A stretch of 64,000 nt of DNA from Eledone cirrhosa (lineage: Eukaryota): positions 20,212,001 to 20,276,000 of the forward strand of contig OZ024740.1 of assembly GCA_964016885.1 (NCBI GenBank), in the 5' to 3' direction. Below, piece after piece: positions 1 through 15,000 of the stretch. The position numbers and the translations under genes were made by a program. The stretch's first letter is position 1. Each line of letters opens with the position of its first letter. The notes beneath the pieces were generated by a model. It saw only the letters and a program-made list of their open reading frames with translations. It made no database searches and was not told where the DNA came from.

Positions 1-3000
1 CAACAGTTTGTGACAAGACTGTCTACCACCTCATCCCTTCACAACAGTTTGTGACAAGGCTGTCTACCACCTCATCCCTTCACAACAGTTTGTGACAAGA
101 CTGTCTACCACCTCATCCCTTCACAACAGTTTGTGACAAGGCTGTCTACCACCGCATCCCTTCATAACAGTTTGTGACAAGACTGTCTACCACCTCATCC
201 CTTCACAACAGTTTGTGAAAAGACTGTCTACCACCTCATCCCTTCACAACAGTTTGTGAAAAGACTGTCTACCACCTCATCCCTTCACAACAGTTTGTGA
301 CAAGGCTGTCTACCACCTCATCCCTTCACAACAGTTTGTGACAAGACTGTCTACCACCTCATCCCTTCACAACAGTTTGTGAAAAGACTGTCTACCACCT
401 CATCCCTTCACAACAGTTTGTGACAAGGCTGTCTACCACCTCATCCCTTCACAACAGTTTGTGAAAAGACTGTCTACCACCTCATCCCTTCACAACAGTT
501 TGTGACAAGGCTGTCTACCACCTCATCCCTTCACAACAGTTTGTGACAAGACTGTCTACCACCTCATCCCTTCACAACAGTTTGTGAAAAGACTGTCTAC
601 CACCTCATCCCTTCACAACAGTTTGTGACAAGGCTGTCTACCACCTCATCCCTTCACAACAGTTTGTGACAAGACTGTCTACCACCTCATCCCTTCACAA
701 CAGTTTGTGAAAAGACTGTCTACCACCTCATCCCTTCACAACAGTTTGTGACAAGACTGTCTACCACCTCATCCCTTCACAACAGTTTGTGAAAGACTGT
801 CTACCACCTCATCCCTTCACAACAGTTTGTGACAAGACTGTCTACCACCTCATCCCTTCACAACAGTTTGTGAAAAGACTGTCTACCACCTCATCCCTTC
901 ACAACAGTTTGTGACAAGACTGTCTACCACCTCATCCCTTCACAACAGTTTGTGAAAAGACTGTCTACCACCTCATCCCTTCACAACAGTTTGTGACAAG
1001 ACTGTCTACCACCTCATCCCTTCACAACAGTTTGTGAAAAGACTGTCTACCACCTCATCCCTTCACAACAGTTTGTGACAAGACTGTCTACCACCTCATC
1101 CCTTCACAACAGTTTGTGAAAAGACTGTCTACCACCTCATCCCTTCACAACAGTTTGTGACAAGACTGTCTACCACCTCATCCCTTCACAACAGTTTGTG
1201 AAAAGACTGTCTACCACCTCATCCCTTCACAACAGTTTGTGACAAGACTGTCTACCACCTCATCCCTTCACAACAGTTTGTGAAAAGACTGTCTACCACC
1301 GCATCCCTTCATAACAGTTTGTGAAAAGACTGTCTACCACCTCATCCCTTCACAACAGTTTGTGACAAGACTGTCTACCACCTCATCCCTTCACAACAGT
1401 TTGTGACAAGGCTGTCTACCACCTCATCCCTTCACAACGGTTTGTGACAAGACTGTCTACCACCTCATCCCTTCACAACGGTTTGTGACAAGACTGTCTA
1501 CCACCTCATCCCTTCACAACAGTTTGTGACAAGACTGTCTACCACCTCATCCCTTCACAACAGTTTTGTGAAAAGACTGTCTACCACCTCATCCCTTCAC
1601 AACAGTTTGTGAAAAGACTGTCTACCACCTCATCCCTTCACAACAGTTTGTGACAAGACTGTCTACCACCTCATCCCTTCACAACAGTTTGTGAAAAGAC
1701 TGTCTACCACCTCATCCCTTCACAACAGTTTGTGAAAAGACTGTCTACACCTCATCCCTTCACAACAGTTTGTGAAAAGACTGTCTACCACCTCATCCCT
1801 TCACAACAGTTTGTGAAAAGACTGTCTACCACCTCATCCCTTCACAACAGTTTGTGAAAAGACTGTCTACCACCTCATCCCTTCACAACAGTTTGTGACA
1901 AGACTGTCTACCACCTCATCCCTTCACAACAGTTTGTGACAAGACTGTCTACCACCTCATCCCTTCACAACAGTTGTGAAAAGACTGTCTACCACCTCAT
2001 CCCTTCACAACAGTTTGTGACAAGACTGTCTACCACCTCATCCCTTCACAACAGTTTGTGAAAAGACTGTCTACCACCTCATCCCTTCACAACAGTTTGT
2101 GAAAAGACTGTCTACCACCTCATCCCTTCACAACAGTTTGTGACAAGACTGTCTACCACCTCATCCCTTCACAACAGTTTGTGAAAAGACTGTCTACCAC
2201 CTCATCCCTTCACAACAGTTTGTGAAAGACTGTCTACCACCTCATCCCTTCACAACAGTTTGTGAAAAGACTGTCTACCACCTCATCCCTTCACAACAGT
2301 TTGTGACAAGACTGTCTACCACCTCATCCCTTCACAACAGTTGTGAAAAGACTGTCTACCACCTCATCCCTTCACAACAGTTTGTGACAAGACTGTCTAC
2401 CACCTCATCCCTTCACAACAGTTTGTGACAAGACTGTCTACCACCTCATCCCTTCACAACAGTTGTGAAAAGACTGTCTACCACCTCATCCCTTCACAAC
2501 AGTTTGTGACAAGACTGTCTACCACCTCATCCCTTCACAACAGTTTGTGAAAAGACTGTCTACCACCTCATCCCTTCACAACAGTTTGTGACAAGACTGT
2601 CTACCACCTCATCCTTCACAACAGTTTGTGACAAGACTGTCTACCACCTCATCCCTTCACAACAGTTTGTGACAAGACTGTCTACCACCTCATCCCTTCA
2701 CAACAGTTTGTGACAAGACTGTCTACCACCTCATCCCTTCACAACAGTTTGTGAAAAGACTGTCTACCACCTCATCCCTTCACAACAGTTTGTGACAAGA
2801 CTGTCTACCACCTCATCCCTTCACAACAGTTTGTGACAAGACTGTCTACCACCTCATCCCTTCACAACAGTTTGTGACAAGCTGTCTACCACCTCATCCT
2901 TCACAACAGTTTGTGACAAGGCTGTCTACCACCTCATCCCTTCACAACAGTTTGTGAAAAGACTGTCTACCACCTCATCCCTTCACAACAGTTTGTGACA

Positions 3001-6000
3001 AGCTGTCTACCACCTCATCCCTTCACAACAGTTTGTGACAAGGCTGTCTACCACCTCATCCCTTCACAACAGTTTGTGAAAAGACTGTCTACCACCGCAT
3101 CCCTTCACAACAGTTTGTGACAAGGCTGTCTACCACCTCATCCCTTCACAACAGTTTGTGACAAGACTGTCTACCACCTCATCCCTTCACAACAGTTTGT
3201 GAAAAGACTGTCTACCACCTCATCCCTTCACAACAGTTTGTGAAAAGACTGTCTACCACCTCATCCCTTCACAACAGTTTGTGACAAGGCTGTCTACCAC
3301 CTCATCCCTTCACAACAGTTTGTGAAAAGACTGTCTACCACCGCATCCCTTCACAACAGTTTGTGACAAGGCTGTCTACCACCTCATCCCTTCACAACAG
3401 TTTGTGAAAAGACTGTCTACCACCTCATCCCTTCACAACAGTTTGTGACAAGGACTGTCTACCACCTCATCCCTTCACAACAGTTTGTGAAAAGACTGTC
3501 TACCACCTCATCCCTTCACAACAGTTTGTGACAAGGACTGTCTACCACCTCATCCCTTCACAACAGTTTGTGACAAGACTGTCTACCACCTCATCCCTTC
3601 ACAACAGTTTGTGAAAAGACTGTCTACCACCTCATCCCTTCACAACAGTTTGTGAAAAGACTGTCTACCACCTCATCCCTTCACAACAGTTTGTGAAAAG
3701 ACTGTCTACCACCTCATCCCTTCACAACAGTTTGTGACAAGGCTGTCTACCACCGCATCCCTTCACAACAGTTTGTGACAAGGCTGTCTACCACCGCATC
3801 CCTTCACAACAGTTTGTGACAAGGCTGTCTACCACCGCATCCCTTCACAACAGTTTGTGACAAGACTGTCTACCACCTCATCCCTTCACAACAGTTTGTG
3901 AAAAGACTGTCTACCACCTCATCCCTTCACAACAGTTTGTGACAAGACTGTCTACCACCTCATCCCTTCACAACAGTTTGTGAAAAGACTGTCTACCACC
4001 TCATCCCTTCACAACAGTTTGTGACAAGACTGTCTACCACCTCATCCCTTCACAACAGTTTGTGACAAGACTGTCTACCACCTCATCCCTTCACAACAGT
4101 TTGTGACAAGGCTGTCTACCACCTCATCCCTTCACAACAGTTTGTGACAAGGCTGTCTACCACCTCATCCCTTCACAACAGTTTGTGAAAAGACTGTCTA
4201 CCACCGCATCCCTTCACAACAGTTTGTGACAAGGCTGTCTACCACCTCATCCCTTCACAACAGTTTGTGACAAGGCTGTCTACCACCTCATCCCTTCACA
4301 ACAGTTTGTGAAAAGACTGTCTACCACCGCATCCCTTCACAACAGTTTGTGACAAGGCTGTCTACCACCGCATCCCTTCACAACAGTTTGTGACAAGACT
4401 GTCTACCACCTCATCCCTTCACAACAGTTTGTGAAAAGACTGTCTACCACCTCATCCCTTCACAACAGTTTGTGAAAAGACTGTCTACCACCTCATCCCT
4501 TCACAACAGTTTGTGACAAGGCTGTCTACCACCTCATCCCTTCACAACAGTTTGTGAAAAGACTGTCTACCACCGCATCCCTTCACAACAGTTTGTGACA
4601 AGGCTGTCTACCACCTCATCCCTTCACAACAGTTTGTGAAAAGACTGTCTACCACCTCATCCCTTCACAACAGTTTGTGACAAGGCTGTCTACCACCTCA
4701 TCCCTTCACAACAGTTTGTGAAAAGACTGTCTACCACCTCATCCCTTCACAACAGTTTGTGACAAGGCTGTCTACCACCTCATCCCTTCACAACAGTTTG
4801 TGACAAGACTGTCTACCACCTCATCCCTTCACAACAGTTTGTGAAAAGACTGTCTACCACCTCATCCCTTCACAACAGTTTGTGAAAAGACTGTCTACCA
4901 CCTCATCCCTTCACAACAGTTTGTGAAAAGACTGTCTACCACCTCATCCCTTCACAACAGTTTGTGACAAGGCTGTCTACCCACCGCATCCCTTCACAAC
5001 AGTTTGTGACAAGGCTGTCTACCACCGCATCCCTTCACAACAGTTTGTGACAAGGCTGTCTACCACCGCATCCCTTCACAACAGTTTGTGACAAGACTGT
5101 CTACCACCTCATCCCTTCGCAACAGTTTGTGAAAAGACTGTCTACCACCTCATCCCTTCACAACAGTTTGTGACAAGGACTGTCTACCACCTCATCCCTT
5201 CACAACAGTTTGTGAAAAGACTGTCTACCACCTCATCCCTTCACAACAGTTTGTGACAAGGCTGTCTACCACCGCATCCTTCACAACAGTTTGTGACAAG
5301 ACTGTCTACCACCTCATCCCTTCGCAACAGTTTGTGAAAAGACTGTCTACCACCTCATCCCTTCACAACAGTTTGTGAAAAGACTGTCTACCACCTCATC
5401 CCTTCACAACAGTTTGTGACAAGGCTGTCTACCACCTCATCCCTTCACAACAGTTTGTGACAAGGCTGTCTACCACCGCATCCCTTCACGAACAGTTTGT
5501 GACAAGGCTGTCTACCACCTCATCCCTTCACAACAGTTTGTGAAAAGACTGTCTACCACCTCATCCCTTCACAACAGTTTGTGAAAAGACTGTCTACCAC
5601 CTCATCCCTTCACAACAGTTTGTGAAAAGACTGTCTACCACCTCATCCCTTCACAACAGTTTGTGAAAAGACTGTCTACCACCGCATCCCTTCACAACAG
5701 TTTGTGACAAGACTGTCTACCACCGCATCCCTTCACAACAGTTTGTGACAAGACTGTCTACCACCGCATCCCTTCACAACAGTTTGTGAAAAGACTGTCT
5801 ACCACCTCATCCCTTCACAACAGTTTGTGAAAAGACTGTCTACCACCGCATCCCTTCACAACAGTTTGTGACAAGGACTGTCTACCACCGCATCCCTTCA
5901 CAACAGTTTGTGAAAAGACTGTCTACCACCTCATCCCTTCACAACAGTTTGTGACAAGGCTGTCTACCACCTCATCCCTTCACAACAGTTTGTGAAAAGA

Positions 6001-9000
6001 CTGTCTACCACCGCATCCCTTCACAACAGTTTGTGACAAGACTGTCTACCACCGCATCCCTTCACAACAGTTTGTGAAAAGACTGTCTACCACCTCATCC
6101 CTTCACAACAGTTTGTGAAAGACTGTCTACCACCGCATCCCTTCACAACAGTTTGTGACAAGACTGTCTACCACCGCATCCCTTCACAACAGTTTGTGAA
6201 AAGACTGTCTACCACCTCATCCCTTCACAACAGTTTGTGAAAAGACTGTCTACCACCTCATCCCTTCACAACAGTTTGTGACAAGACTGTCTACCACCGC
6301 ATCCCTTCACAACAGTTTGTGAAAAGACTGTCTACCACCTCATCCCTTCACAACAGTTTGTGAAAAGACTGTCTACCACCGCATCCCTTCACAACAGTTT
6401 GTGACAAGACTGTCTACCACCTCATCCCTTCACAACAGTTTGTGAAAAGACTGTCTACCACCTCATCCCTTCACAACAGTTTGTGAAAAGACTGTCTACC
6501 ACCGCATCCCTTCACAACAGTTTGTGACAAGACTGTCTACCACCGCATCCCTTCACAACAGTTTGTGAAAGACTGTCTACCACCTCATCCCTTCACAACA
6601 GTTTGTGACAAGACTGTCTACCACCTCATCCCTTCACAACAGTTTGTGACAAGACTGTCTACCACCTCATCCCTTCACAACAGTTTGTGAAAAGACCTGT
6701 CTACCACCTCATCCCTTCACAACAGTTTGTGAAAAGACTGTCTACCACCTCATCCCTTCACAACAGTTTGTGAAAAGACTGTCTACCACCTCATCCCTTC
6801 ACAACAGTTTGTGAAAAGACTGTCTACCACCTCATCCCTTCACAACAGTTTGTGAAAAGACTGTCTACCACCGCATCCCTTCACAACAGTTTGTGACAAG
6901 ACTGTCTACCACCGCATCCCTTCACAACAGTTTGTGACAAGACTGTCTACCACCGCATCCCTTCACAACAGTTTGTGAAAAGACTGTCTACCACCTCATC
7001 CCTTCACAACAGTTTGTGAAAAGACTGTCTACCACCGCATCCCTTCACAACAGTTTGTGACAAGACTGTCTACCACCTCATCCCTTCACAACAGTTTGTG
7101 AAAAGACTGTCTACCACCTCATCCCTTCACAACAGTTTGTGAAAAGACTGTCTACCACCTCATCCCTTCACAACAGTTTGTGACAAGACTGTCTACCACC
7201 GCATCCCTTCACAACAGTTTGTGACAAGACTGTCTACCACCTCATCCCTTCACAACAGTTTGTGAAAAGACTGTCTACCACCTCATCCCTTCACAACAGT
7301 TTGTGACAAGACTGTCTACCACCGCATCCCTTCACAACAGTTTGTGACAAGACTGTCTACCACCTCATCCCTTCACAACAGTTTGTGAAAAGACTGTCTA
7401 CCACCTCATCCCTTCACAACAGTTTGTGAAAAGACTGTCTACCACCGCATCCCTTCACAACAGTTTGTGACAAGACTGTCTACCACCTCATCCCTTCACA
7501 ACAGTTTGTGACAAGACTGTCTACCACCGCATCCCTTCACAACAGTTTGTGAAAAGACTGTCTACCACCTCATCCCTTCACAACAGTTTGTGAAAAGACT
7601 GTCTACCACCGCATCCCTTCACAACAGTTTGTGACAAGACTGTCTACCACCTCATCCCTTCACAACAGTTTGTGAAAAGACTGTCTACCACCTCATCCCT
7701 TCACAACAGTTTGTGAAAAGACTGTCTACCACCGCATCCCTTCACAACAGTTTGTGACAAGACTGTCTACCACCTCATCCCTTCACAACAGTTTGTGAAA
7801 AGACTGTCTACCACCTCATCCCTTCACAACAGTTTGTGAAAAGACTGTCTACCACCGCATCCCTTCACAACAGTTTGTGACAAGACTGTCTACCACCTCA
7901 TCCCTTCACAACAGTTTGTGACAAGACTGTCTACCACCGCATCCCTTCACAACAGTTTGTGACAAGACTGTCTACCACCTCATCCCTTCACAACAGTTTG
8001 TGAAAAGACTGTCTACCACCTCATCCCTTCACAACAGTTTGTGACAAGACTGTCTACCACCGCATCCCTTCACAACAGTTTGTGACAAGACTGTCTACCA
8101 CCTCATCCCTTCACAACAGTTTGTGAAAAGACTGTCTACCACCTCATCCCTTCACAACAGTTTGTGAAAAGACTGTCTACCACCGCATCCCTTCACAACA
8201 GTTTGTGACAAGACTGTCTACCACCTCATCCCTTCACAACAGTTTGTGACAAGACTGTCTACCACCGCATCCCTTCACAACAGTTTGTGAAAAGACTGTC
8301 TACCACCTCATCCCTTCACAACAGTTTGTGAAAAGACTGTCTACCACCGCATCCCTTCACAACAGTTTGTGACAAGACTGTCTACCACCTCATCCCTTCA
8401 CAACAGTTTGTGAAAAGACTGTCTACCACCTCATCCCTTCACAACAGTTTGTGAAAAGACTGTCTACCACCGCATCCCTTCACAACAGTTTGTGACAAGA
8501 CTGTCTACCACCTCATCCCTTCACAACAGTTTGTGAAAAGACTGTCTACCACCTCATCCCTTCACAACAGTTTGTGAAAAGACTGTCTACCACCGCATCC
8601 CTTCACAACAGTTTGTGACAAGACTGTCTACCACCTCATCCCTTCACAACAGTTTGTGAAAAGACTGTCTACCACCTCATCCCTTCACAACAGTTTGTGA
8701 AAAGACTGTCTACCACCTCATCCCTTCACAACAGTTTGTGACAAGACTGTCTACCACCGCATCCCTTCACAACAGTTTGTGACAAGACTGTCTACCACCT
8801 CATCCCTTCACAACAGTTTGTGAAAAGACTGTCTACCACCTCATCCCTTCACAACAGTTTGTGACAAGACTGTCTACCACCGCATCCCTTCACAACAGTT
8901 TGTGACAAGACTGTCTACCACCTCATCCCTTCACAACAGTTTGTGAAAAGACTGTCTACCACCTCATCCCTTCACAACAGTTTGTGAAAAGACTGTCTAC

Positions 9001-12000
9001 CACCGCATCCCTTCACAACAGTTTGTGACAAGACTGTCTACCACCTCATCCCTTCACAACAGTTTGTGACAAGACTGTCTACCACCGCATCCCTTCACAA
9101 CAGTTTGTGAAAAGACTGTCTACCACCTCATCCCTTCACAACAGTTTGTGAAAAGACTGTCTACCACCGCATCCCTTCACAACAGTTTGTGACAAGACTG
9201 TCTACCACCTCATCCCTTCACAACAGTTTGTGAAAAGACTGTCTACCACCTCATCCCTTCACAACAGTTTGTGACAAGACTGTCTACCACCGCATCCCTT
9301 CACAACAGTTTGTGACAAGACTGTCTACCACCTCATCCCTTCACAACAGTTTGTGAAAAGACTGTCTACCACCTCATCCCTTCACAACAGTTTGTGAAAA
9401 GACTGTCTACCACCTCATCCCTTCACAACAGTTTGTGAAAAGACTGTCTACCACCGCATCCCTTCACAACAGTTTGTGACAAGGCTGTCTACCACCTCAT
9501 CCCTTCACAACAGTTTGTGAAAAGACTGTCTACCACCTCATCCCTTCACAACAGTTTGTGACAAGGCTGTCTACCACCTCATCCCTTCACAACAGTTTGT
9601 GAAAAGACTGTCTACCACCTCATCCCTTCACAACAGTTTGTGACAAGGCTGTCTACCACCTCATCCCTTCACAACAGTTTGTGACAAGGCTGTCTACCAC
9701 CTCATCCCTTCACAACAGTTTGTGAAAAGACTGTCTACCACCTCATCCCTTCACAACAGTTTGTGAAAAGACTGTCTACCACCTCATCCCTTCACAACAG
9801 TTTGTGACAAGGCTGTCTACCACCTCATCCCTTCACAACAGTTTGTGACAAGACTGTCTACCACCTCATCCCTTCACAACAGTTTGTGAAAAGACTGTCT
9901 ACCACCTCATCCCTTCACAACAGTTTGTGACAAGGCTGTCTACCACCTCATCCCTTCACAACAGTTTGTGAAAAGACTGTCTACCACCTCATCCCTTCAC
10001 AACAGTTTGTGAAAAGACTGTCTACCACCGCATCCCTTCACAACAGTTTGTGACAAGACTGTCTACCACCTCATCCCTTCACAACAGTTTGTGAAAAGAC
10101 TGTCTACCACCTCATCCCTTCACAACAGTTTGTGACAAGGCTGTCTACCACCGCATCCCTTCACAACAGTTTGTGAAAAGACTGTCTACCACCTCATCCC
10201 TTCACAACAGTTTGTGAAAAGACTGTCTACCACCGCATCCCTTCACAACAGTTTGTGACAAGACTGTCTACCACCGCATCCCTTCACAACAGTTTGTGAA
10301 AAGACTGTCTACCACCTCATCCCTTCACAACAGTTTGTGAAAAGACTGTCTACCACCTCATCCCTTCACAACAGTTTGTGAAAAGACTGTCTACCACCTC
10401 ATCCCTTCACAACAGTTTGTGAAAAGACTGTCTACCACCTCATCCCTTCACAACAGTTTGTGACAAGACTGTCTACCACCGCATCCCTTCACAACAGTTT
10501 GTGACAAGACTGTCTACCACCGCATCCCTTCACAACAGTTTGTGACAAGACTGTCTACCACCGCATCCCTTCACAACAGTTTGTGAAAAGACTGTCTACC
10601 ACCTCATCCCTTCACAACAGTTTGTGAAAAGACTGTCTACCACCGCATCCCTTCACAACAGTTTGTGACAAGACTGTCTACCACCGCATCCCTTCACAAC
10701 AGTTTGTGACAAGGCTGTCTACCACCTCATCCCTTCACAACAGTTTGTGAAAAGACTGTCTACCACCTCATCCCTTCACAACAGTTTGTGAAAAGACTGT
10801 CTACCACCTCATCCCTTCACAACAGTTTGTGAAAAGACTGTCTACCACCGCATCCCTTCACAACAGTTTGTGACAAGACTGTCTACCACCGCATCCCTTC
10901 ACAACAGTTTGTGACAAGGCTGTCTACCACCGCATCCCTTCACAACAGTTTGTGACAAGGCTGTCTACCACCGCATCCCTTCACAACAGTTTGTGACAAG
11001 GCTGTCTACCACCTCATCCCTTCACAACAGTTTGTGAAAAGACTGTCTACCACCTCATCCCTTCACAACAGTTTGTCAAAAGACTGTCTACCACCTCATC
11101 CCTTCACAACAGTTTGTGACAAGGCTGTCTACCACCGCATCCCTTCACAACAGTTTGTGAAAAGACTGTCTACCACCTCATCCCTTCACAACAGTTTGTG
11201 AAAAGACTGTCTACCACCTCATCCCTTCACAACAGTTTGTGACAAGGCTGTCTACCACCGCATCCCTTCGCAACAGTTTGTGACAAGGCTGTCTACCACC
11301 GCATCCCTTCACAACAGTTTGTGACAAGGCTGTCTACCACCTCATCCCTTCACAACAGTTTGTGACAAGACTGTCTACCACCTCATCCCTTCACAACAGT
11401 TTGTGACAAGGCTGTCTACCACCTCATCCCTTCGCAACAGTTTGTGAAAAGACTGTCTCCCACCTCATCCCTTCACAACAGTTTGTGAAAAGACTGTCTA
11501 CCACCGCACCGCTTCACAACAGTTTGTGACAAGACTGTCTACCACCTCATCCCTTCACAACAGTTTGTGAAAAGACTGCCTACCACCTCATCCCTTCACA
11601 ACAGTTTGTGAAAAGACTGTCTACCACCGCACCGCTTCGCAACAGTTTGTGACAAGACTGTCTACCACCTCATCCCTTCACAACAGTTTGTGACAGGACT
11701 GTCTACCACCTCATCCCTTCACAACAGTTTGTGAAAAGACTGTCTACCACCTCATCCCTTCACAACAGTTTGTGACAAGGCTGTCTACCACCGCATCCCT
11801 TCACAACAGTTTGTGAAAAGACTGTCTACCACCTCATCCCTTCACAACAGTTTGTGAAAAGACTGTCTACCACCTCATCCCTTCACAACAGTTTGTGAAA
11901 AGACTGTCTACCACCTCATCCCTTCACAACAGTTTGTGAAAAGACTGTCTACCACCTCATCCCTTCACAACAGTTTGTGAAAAGACTGTCTCCCACCTCA

Positions 12001-15000
12001 TCCCTTCACAACAGTTTGTGAAAAGACTGTCTACCACCTCATCCCTTCACAACAGTTTGTGAAAAGACTGTCTACCACCTCATCCCTTCACAACAGTTTG
12101 TGAAAAGACTGTCTACCACCGCACCGCTTCGCAACAGTTTGTGACAAGACTGTCTACCACCTCATCCCTTCACAACAGTTTGTGACAAGACTGTCTACCA
12201 CCTCATCCCTTCACAACAGTTTGTGAAAAGACTGTCTACCACCTCATCCCTTCACAACAGTTTGTGAAAAGACTGTCTACCACCTCATCCCTTCACAACA
12301 GTTTGTGACAAGGCTGTCTACCACCTCATCCCTTCGCAACAGTTTGTGAAAAGACTGTCTCCCACCTCATCCCTTCAAAACAGTTTGTGAAAAGACTGTC
12401 TACCACCTCATCCCTTCACAACAGTTTGTGACAAGGCTGTCTACCACCTCATCCCTTCGCAACAGTTTGTGAAAAGACTGTCTACCACCTCATCCCTTCA
12501 CAACAGTTTGTGACAAGACTGTCTACCACCTCATCCCTTCGCAACAGTTTGTGACAAGACTGTCTACCACCTCATCCCTTCACAACAGTTTGTGACAAGG
12601 CTGTCTACCACCGCATCCCTTCACAACAGTTTGTGAAAAGACTGTCTACCACCTCATCCCTTCACAACAGTTTGTGAAAAGACTGTCTACCACCTCATCC
12701 CTTCACAACAGTTTGTGAAAAGACTGTCTACCACCTCATCCCTTCACAACAGTTTGTGAAAAGACTGTCTACCACCTCATCCCTTCACAACAGTTTGTGA
12801 AAAGACTGTCTCCCACCTCATCCCTTCACAACAGTTTGTCAAAAGACTGTCTACCACCTCATCCCTTCACAACAGTTTGTGAAAAGACTGTCTACCACCT
12901 CATCCCTTCACAACAGTTTGTGACAAGGCTGTCTACCACCGCACCGCTTCGCAACAGTTTGTGACAAGACTGTCTACCACCTCATCCCTTCACAACAGTT
13001 TGTGACAAGACTGTCTACCACCTCATCCCTTCACAACAGTTTGTGACAAGACTGTCTACCACCTCATCCCTTCACAACAGTTTGTGACAGGACTGTCTAC
13101 CACCTCATCCCTTCACAACAGTTTGTGAAAAGACTGTCTACCACCTCATCCCTTCACAACAGTTTGTGACAAGGCTGTCTACCACCGCATCCCTTCACAA
13201 CAGTTTGTGAAAAGACTGTCTACCACCTCATCCCTTCACAACAGTTTGTGAAAAGACTGTCTACCACCTCATCCCTTCACAACAGTTTGTGAAAAGACTG
13301 TCTACCACCTCATCCCTTCACAACAGTTTGTGAAAAGACTGTCTACCACCTCATCCCTTCACAACAGTTTGTGAAAAGACTGTCTCCCACCTCATCCCTT
13401 CACAACAGTTTGTGAAAAGACTGTCTACCACCTCATCCCTTCACAACAGTTTGTGAAAAGACTGTCTACCACCTCATCCCTTCACAACAGTTTGTGACAA
13501 GACTGTCTACCACCTCATCCCTTCACAACAGTTTGTGAAAAGACTGTCTACCACCTCATCCCTTCACAACAGTTTGTGACAAGACTGTCTACCACCGCAT
13601 CCCTTCACAACAGTTTGTGACAAGACTGTCTACCACCTCATCCCTTCACAACAGTTTGTGAAAAGACTGTCTACCACCTCATCCCTTCACAACAGTTTGT
13701 GAAAAGACTGTCTACCACCTCATCCCTTCACAACAGTTTGTGAAAAGACTGTCTACCACCGCATCCCTTCACAACAGTTTGTGACAAGGCTGTCTACCAC
13801 CTCATCCCTTCACAACAGTTTGTGAAAAGACTGTCTACCACCTCATCCCTTCACAACAGTTTGTGACAAGGCTGTCTACCACCTCATCCCTTCACAACAG
13901 TTTGTGAAAAGACTGTCTACCACCTCATCCCTTCACAACAGTTTGTGACAAGGCTGTCTACCACCTCATCCCTTCACAACAGTTTGTGACAAGGCTGTCT
14001 ACCACCTCATCCCTTCACAACAGTTTGTGAAAAGACTGTCTACCACCTCATCCCTTCACAACAGTTTGTGAAAAGACTGTCTACCACCTCATCCCTTCAC
14101 AACAGTTTGTGACAAGGCTGTCTACCACCTCATCCCTTCACAACAGTTTGTGACAAGACTGTCTACCACCTCATCCCTTCACAACAGTTTGTGAAAAGAC
14201 TGTCTACCACCTCATCCCTTCACAACAGTTTGTGACAAGGCTGTCTACCACCTCATCCCTTCACAACAGTTTGTGAAAAGACTGTCTACCACCTCATCCC
14301 TTCACAACAGTTTGTGAAAAGACTGTCTACCACCGCATCCCTTCACAACAGTTTGTGACAAGACTGTCTACCACCTCATCCCTTCACAACAGTTTGTGAA
14401 AAGACTGTCTACCACCTCATCCCTTCACAACAGTTTGTGACAAGGCTGTCTACCACCGCATCCCTTCACAACAGTTTGTGAAAAGACTGTCTACCACCTC
14501 ATCCCTTCACAACAGTTTGTGAAAAGACTGTCTACCACCGCATCCCTTCACAACAGTTTGTGACAAGACTGTCTACCACCGCATCCCTTCACAACAGTTT
14601 GTGAAAAGACTGTCTACCACCTCATCCCTTCACAACAGTTTGTGAAAAGACTGTCTACCACCTCATCCCTTCACAACAGTTTGTGAAAAGACTGTCTACC
14701 ACCTCATCCCTTCACAACAGTTTGTGAAAAGACTGTCTACCACCTCATCCCTTCACAACAGTTTGTGACAAGACTGTCTACCACCGCATCCTTCACAACA
14801 GTTTGTGACAAGGACTGTCTACCACCGCATCCCTTCACAACAGTTTGTGACAAGACTGTCTACCACCGCATCCCTTCACAACAGTTTGTGAAAAGACTGT
14901 CTACCACCTCATCCCTTCACAACAGTTTGTGAAAAGACTGTCTACCACCGCATCCCTTCACAACAGTTTGTGACAAGACTGTCTACCACCGCATCCCTTC

